Below are positions 59,142-64,000 of a stretch of DNA of 64,000 nucleotides, piece by piece. The stretch's first letter is position 1, and every line of letters starts with the position of its first letter. The position numbers and the translations under genes are program-made. The DNA comes from an uncultured Methylomirabilota bacterium (GTDB taxonomy: Bacteria > Methylomirabilota > Methylomirabilia > Methylomirabilales > 2-02-FULL-66-22): positions 1,152,001-1,216,000 of the forward strand of contig CAWJSJ010000002.1 in NCBI GenBank assembly GCA_963845565.1, in the 5' to 3' direction. The notes under the pieces are model-generated. The model was not told the origin of the DNA, did not search any database, and was given only the letters and a program-made list of their open reading frames with translations.

Positions 59142-59580
59142 CTACCCCTTGAAGAAGAACGTGGCCGGATGCGAGGTGTACGGAGACCGCAGGTGTTGGG
59201 CGTGGGTCTGGCGAGCAGGGATATTCCCCATATTGTTTTTCGCAAGCCGTACGCCCATGAAGGCCGGCGCGAGGCCGACCGTCCCGATGACCCAGCATTC
59301 TTCGCAGATGATCTTCCAATTCTCCTGGGCGATCTCCACGCGCTCGGGCTGTTTCTTTCCGGCGGCCGACCGGAACAGCTCCGTGGCGCGGACCACTTCC
59401 GGGACCACCGGTTTCTTGCCCTCGGCGCCGTTCGTCGCATACCAGCATGCGAACGGCATGCCGAGATGCGTATCCATCGGGATCGGATCCACCGGCAGCA
59501 CCAGGCGCGAGAAGAGGTAGATGTTCTCCGAGCCGGTGACGGACCAGAGCAGGATGTGATGCTCGAGGTTATGCGACTCC
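59142..59580 (-). pseudogene. orphan C-terminal fragment of a family-5 ABC substrate-binding protein
   Basis: ..LLWSVTGSENIYLFSRLVLP...FACWYATNGAEGKKP....ER.EIAQE.WKI..EE.WVIGTVG......V...NNMGNIP...HPATFFFK; in-frame stop near 59631, no N-terminus. Confidence 0.7.
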
Positions 59581-59675
59581 TGCCAGGTTTCCTCGCCGCT
59601 GATCGTCGGTGGGGCGACCTGCCGTGGCGGCTAGGGACGCCTAGGTCGCCGGCCGCCGCCGTTTCCTGGTTCCTC

Positions 59676-60563
59676 CTACAGCAGGCCGGTTGCCTGTAAT
59701 GCTGCCCGGATGAGCGGCTTCCGCTCCGCGCTGGTGGGCGGCATGGGGGGCCGGGGCAGCCCGGCGGGGCGCCCGGTCAGCTCCATGCAGTACTTGACGT
59801 TGGCCGGCAGGTTGTCGGTGAAGATGGCGTTCCAGAGCGGCAGCAGCTTCTCGTGCAGCGCCCGACCCCGTGCGTGGTCGCCGTTCTGCACGGCGTCCCA
59901 CATCTCCATGTACAGCGTCGGTACGGCGGAGAGCATGGCGGCGATGGCTCCGTGCGAGCCGAGGACGAAGGACGGGTACATGAGGGCGTCCACAGCGCTC
60001 ATGATTCGGCCGCGATTGCCGAGCAGGATGAGGAGATCCGCCAGCATCTTCATATCGCCGGCGCTCTGCTTGACGCCGATGACTCCCTCCACGTTGTCGA
60101 TGATTCGGGTGAGGAGCTGGGGGGAGAGATAGCACCACGGCACGACGTTGTAAATCAGGATGGGGAGCCCGGTCCCCTTCGCCAGCGCCTCGAAGTGCTT
60201 GAGCATAGTGTCGTCGTCGGGCCGAAAGAGGTAGTGGGGGGGCGTGATCTGGAGCGCTGCCACGCCGAGATCCTTGACCGCCAGGCCGCGCTCGATGGCC
60301 AAGGCGGTGCTGTCGGTGATGATGCCGGTGATGACGGGGATGCGGCCCTTGGCCTCCTTGACAACGATTTCCGTGATGCGGCGGGTCTCCGCCGTGGTCA
60401 GAGTGTGCCCCTCGCCCGTGCTGCCGCAAATGGCCACGCCGTGGACCTTGGCGACGTCGAACATGTAATGCGCGTCGGCCTGGAGGGCGGCCTCGTCGAT
60501 CGTGCCATCAGCACGGAACGGGGTCGTCATGGGAGGAACAATACCGAAGATATGCTCGTACAT
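59676..60563 (-). CDS. DapA/NanA family aldolase/dehydratase
   Basis: TPF..DG.ID, GSTGEG, IYNVVP, GVKQS, GLPRPP. Confidence 0.9.
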   Translation of the reverse strand: MYEHIFGIVPPMTTPFRADGTIDEAALQADAHYMFDVAKVHGVAICGSTGEGHTLTTAETRRITEIVVKEAKGRIPVITGIITDSTALAIERGLAVKDLGVAALQITPPHYLFRPDDDTMLKHFEALAKGTGLPILIYNVVPWCYLSPQLLTRIIDNVEGVIGVKQSAGDMKMLADLLILLGNRGRIMSAVDALMYPSFVLGSHGAIAAMLSAVPTLYMEMWDAVQNGDHARGRALHEKLLPLWNAIFTDNLPANVKYCMELTGRPAGLPRPPMPPTSAERKPLIRAALQATGLL

Positions 60564-60660
60564 GCCGTCTCCTTTCGTCGAGTCGGGGCTGAAGCGGATC
60601 CGTCCCGTCGGGTCGCAGCCCCGTCATGCCCAGGCGGGAACGCATCGAGAACTCGGTGTG

Positions 60661-61488
60661 CTACCTCCCTGCGTAGCCAAGCCGCGCCGAGAGCTTGGCG
60701 GCGGCCTCTCGGACCAGGGCCGCAAGGGTCGGAATCCGGTCCTTCGGGATGCGGGTGGCAGGACCCGACACGCTCAATGAGGCAACGACCCGGCCAGAGT
60801 GATCGCGGATGGGAACTGCCACGCAACGGACGTCGGGCTGGTGCTCCATGTTGTCCACGGCGTAGCCCTGGGCCCGGACCTGGGCGAGTTCCCTGCGCAG
60901 CCGCTCCGGATCGGTGATTGTCTGTCGAGTATGTTTCGCCAATCCCAGCCGACATACGTGTTCCACCGTACTGTCCGGTTGATGCGCAAGGAGGGCCTTT
61001 CCCACCCCGGTACAGTAGGCGGGCGCGCCCTTGCCGATGGTGATGTTCGATGCGAGGCCGTGCGGCGAGTCCATCTTCTCGATAGAGACGACCTGGGAGC
61101 CGTCGAACACGCCGAGGTGTACCGTCTCGCCGGTCTCGCGCACCAATTCCTCGATACAGGGCAGGGCTTCGCGATGGACCTCCAGGTTGGCGAGGACCAT
61201 GCTCCCCAACTCCAGGAGTTTGAGCCCCAACCGGTAGAGATCTCGATCCCCTTCCTGCTCCACGATTCCAACCGTCCGCAGGGTGGTGAGGATGCGGTGG
61301 GCCGTGCTGAGCGGGAGTCCAACCTTGCGTGCGATGTCGGTGAGGGGAAGCCGCGGCTCCTGGAGCGAGAAACACTCCAAGACGCGAATCGCTTTGCGGA
61401 GGGATTTGAGGCCCTCGGCGCCGGACTCCTGTGCGGGAACGCGCTGTGTTGCCCGCCCCGCGATCCGTTGTGGGATCATCCGGCCCAT
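60661..61488 (-). CDS. IclR family transcriptional regulator
   Basis: SL.KAIRVL, LPLSTAHRIL, GETVHL, YCTGVGKALL, CVAVPI, SVSGP. Confidence 0.92.
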   Translation of the reverse strand: MGRMIPQRIAGRATQRVPAQESGAEGLKSLRKAIRVLECFSLQEPRLPLTDIARKVGLPLSTAHRILTTLRTVGIVEQEGDRDLYRLGLKLLELGSMVLANLEVHREALPCIEELVRETGETVHLGVFDGSQVVSIEKMDSPHGLASNITIGKGAPAYCTGVGKALLAHQPDSTVEHVCRLGLAKHTRQTITDPERLRRELAQVRAQGYAVDNMEHQPDVRCVAVPIRDHSGRVVASLSVSGPATRIPKDRIPTLAALVREAAAKLSARLGYAGR

Positions 61489-61559
61489 GCCTCTTAGTCT
61501 CCGAAGTGCGGCGTCTGCGTCAGCACGGCGACAGCAACAGGGCGTCAGGGAGAAAACTG

Positions 61560-61625
61560 GTTTCCGTATAGTGGAAGTCACTTCCTATATATGAAACATA
61601 CACGAACACACGAGGGGTGTGTCAA
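61560..61625 (-). promoter_or_regulatory. tandem IclR-type operators and -35 upstream of the IclR gene
   Basis: GTTTCCGTATAGTGGAAG and CTTCCTATATATGAAAC (mutually inverted); TTGACA on minus strand 61625-61620. Confidence 0.55.
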
Positions 61626-61838
61626 GCGCTTTGTAGCTTTGGGATCGGCTGCCATTGCGTACCGTCGTTTTTCCCGCGTGCTCCGGCCTCGTCCGCGGAC
61701 GGGGCCTCTTGCCGGCTTGCGAAACCGGGCGTCTTGGGTGAGAATGGCGACCTGCCGACGCGAATCGGGGCTGTCGGCGTGGACGGAAGGCGGGTTGCCC
61801 CGGCGCCGCTGTGCCGTGCAGGAAACGCAGGAGGCCGT

Positions 61839-63422
61839 ATGACCCCCAGTCCCGTGACGCCGGAGATTCAAGTCTCTCCCGCTCCCTATCAGGTTCCACA
61901 AGCATTCAGTCTGGTGATCTTTGGTGCGTCGGGAGACCTCACGCGGCGCAAGCTGTTCCCCGCACTCTACGCGCTGGCACACGACAACCTGTTGCCCGAA
62001 CGTTTCGCGGTGGTCGGGTTTGCCCGCCGCGAGAAGAGCCACGAGGCCTTCCGGGCGGAGATCCGCGCCGCCGTCGATGAGTTCTCGCGGCTGCGGCCCG
62101 CACGGCCGGAGATCTGGGACCGGCTGGCCCAGGGCATCTATTACGTGCCGGCAGCCTTTGAGGACCCGGCCGGGTACGCGGCGCTGGGTAAGCAGTTGGC
62201 CGAGGTGGAGGCGCGGTACGGGACCTGCGGGAACCGCATGTACTACCTGGCCACGCCGCCGGCGAGCTACACGACGGTGGTGGCTCAACTCGGGGCGGCG
62301 AAGCTCGTCAGCGAGCCCTGGCCGGAACTGTCGAGCCCCGACTGGCCGTGCTGGAGCCGCGTCATCGTGGAGAAGCCGTTCGGCCACGACCTGGCCACGG
62401 CGGTTGCGCTGAACGCGGAGATCCACAAGGTCTTCCACGAGACGCAGGTCTATCGGATCGATCACTACCTGGGGAAGGAGACGGTCCAGAACATCCTTAC
62501 CTTCCGCTTCGGCAACAGCATCTTCGAGCCGCTCTGGAATCGGCGGTACGTGGATCACGTGCAGCTCCTGGTCGGCGAGGACCTGGGCGTGGAGGGGCGC
62601 GGCGGGTACTACGACACGGCGGGCGCGATGCGGGATATGGTGCAGAACCACATGCTCCAGCTCCTGTCCCTGGTCGCCATGGAGCCGCCGGCGACGTTCG
62701 ACGCCGAGGCGGTACGGGACGAGAAAGTCAAGGTGTTGCGCGCGATCCGGCCGATGGACGCCGCACGGGTGGCCGACGCGGCGGTGCGCGGGCAGTATGT
62801 CCGCGGGACGCTGCGGGGCAAGCGCGTGGCCGCCTATGCGGACGAGCCACGCGTGGCCGAGGACACCACCACTGAAACTTACGCCGCCCTCCGGTTGGAG
62901 GTGGACAACTGGCGCTGGGCCGGCGTGCCCTTCTACCTGCGGACGGGAAAGGCGCTGCCGAAACAGGTCACGGAGGTGACGATCCAGTACCGGCGGCCTC
63001 CGCTTCGCCTCTTCGAACACGCTCCGCATCCGGGCCACCATCCGGGGGACGAAATCGAGCCCAATCGTCTGACCCTGCGGATCCAGCCCGACGAGGGGAT
63101 CTCCCTTCGCGTGGGGCTGAAGCCGCCGGGTCCGCGCATCAGCCTGGTCCCCGCCCGCCTCGGCTTCGCCTACCGGGATACCTTCGGCGTGGACCCTACC
63201 GAGGCCTATGAACGCCTGCTGCTGGACTGCATGCTGGGGGACTCGACGCTCTTCATCCGTCGGGACGAAGTGGAGACGGCTTGGGGCCTGGTGACACCGA
63301 TCCTGCAGGCGTGGGAGGCCGCCGGCCGCGACGGGCTGGCGTACTACCCGGCGGGGAACTGGGGCCCGACCGAGGCGGAGCGCTTTATTCAGGCGACCGG
63401 ACGCGCGTGGGTGAATCCGTAA
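61839..63422 (+). CDS. zwf: glucose-6-phosphate 1-dehydrogenase
   Basis: GASGDL, EKPFG, RIDHYLGKE, DMVQNH, RWAGVPFYLRTGK. Confidence 0.97.
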   Translation: MTPSPVTPEIQVSPAPYQVPQAFSLVIFGASGDLTRRKLFPALYALAHDNLLPERFAVVGFARREKSHEAFRAEIRAAVDEFSRLRPARPEIWDRLAQGIYYVPAAFEDPAGYAALGKQLAEVEARYGTCGNRMYYLATPPASYTTVVAQLGAAKLVSEPWPELSSPDWPCWSRVIVEKPFGHDLATAVALNAEIHKVFHETQVYRIDHYLGKETVQNILTFRFGNSIFEPLWNRRYVDHVQLLVGEDLGVEGRGGYYDTAGAMRDMVQNHMLQLLSLVAMEPPATFDAEAVRDEKVKVLRAIRPMDAARVADAAVRGQYVRGTLRGKRVAAYADEPRVAEDTTTETYAALRLEVDNWRWAGVPFYLRTGKALPKQVTEVTIQYRRPPLRLFEHAPHPGHHPGDEIEPNRLTLRIQPDEGISLRVGLKPPGPRISLVPARLGFAYRDTFGVDPTEAYERLLLDCMLGDSTLFIRRDEVETAWGLVTPILQAWEAAGRDGLAYYPAGNWGPTEAERFIQATGRAWVNP

Positions 63423-63502
63423 CGGGGTGGCGACCCTGACCCTACCGCCCCTGTCATTCACGATGCTGGCAGGCAGGTAAGACCAAGGGAGGGGAGCGCG
63501 GC

Positions 63503-64000
63503 GTGGACGCCAACCGGATCAGGGGCATTGCGCTGGTCCTCGCGGCGTCGGCTCTCTGGGGCGCCAGCGGCCCGTTGACGAAGATTCTCCGGCTGGACGG
63601 ATTCGACATCACTGACATCCTCGCGTGGCGATACCTCATCGGCTTCCTGAGTCTGACGGCCTTTTCAACTGTGCTGTCGAAGCCTCCCACCTTTCGGATC
63701 GGCTCCGCTCGGTTCAAGGCCGCCATCGTCATGGCCCTCTGTATCTTCGGGGTCAACGCGGCCTTCACGTGGAGCAATTTCTTCACGACGGTGGCCAACG
63801 CCATCGCCCTCAGCTTCACGGCGCCGCTCTTTGCCGCCGTCCTGGCCTGGATATTCCTCGGGGAGAAGGTCCGGGCATCTCACCAGGCGGCCATCGGCAT
63901 CGGGTTTGCCGGCGTCTGCATCTTCGTGTTCGGCGCGTACACCGGGGATGCGGAAACGCCGACGGCTCTCTCGCCAAACATCCCCTTGGGCAATGGCCTT
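63503..64000 (+). CDS. EamA/DMT transporter (3' truncated by window edge)
   Basis: GGAGG RBS, GTG; GIALVLAASALWG, TVANAIALSFTAPLF....FLGEK. Confidence 0.85.
   Translation, partial: MDANRIRGIALVLAASALWGASGPLTKILRLDGFDITDILAWRYLIGFLSLTAFSTVLSKPPTFRIGSARFKAAIVMALCIFGVNAAFTWSNFFTTVANAIALSFTAPLFAAVLAWIFLGEKVRASHQAAIGIGFAGVCIFVFGAYTGDAETPTALSPNIPLGNGL

Overview
High-GC bacterial chromosomal window. It looks like an environmental or MAG-type genome; NC10/Methylomirabilota-like is a guess only. No rRNA, tRNA, CRISPR array or intact transposase was seen. 0-6.5 kb is an accessory zone: three type II toxin-antitoxin loci (BrnA-like tail, addiction-module antitoxin with RelE/ParE, and VapB with an internally deleted VapC), two ~150-bp inverted-repeat elements carrying only the 5' end of a RAYT/IS200-like transposase and bracketing the RelE module, attC-like sites without an integrase, and a three-lipoprotein operon. 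It is followed by a sigma54 two-component system with a complete predicted target promoter, citrate synthase, iolD and ftsEX-envC-ctpA-tsaD-def. Next come an AAA ATPase with its own operator, msrA, a selenocysteine peroxiredoxin (in-frame UGA plus SECIS-like hairpin), nfo, a radical SAM gene and a Na+-translocating acyl-CoA decarboxylase operon. A large sugar/inositol region holds Thermotoga-type iolM, two iolN paralogs, an iolO-like gene, a divergent iolE-like gene, a split transketolase and dhaKL. The window ends with an MBL-PilZ fusion, a QueG-like/flavoprotein pair, DapA-family/IclR, zwf and a partial EamA gene. Several frameshifts (iolD, amrS, iolN2, iolM, dhaK) look like consensus indel errors. 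Three genes (vapC, ROK, SBP) look genuinely decayed by deletion.
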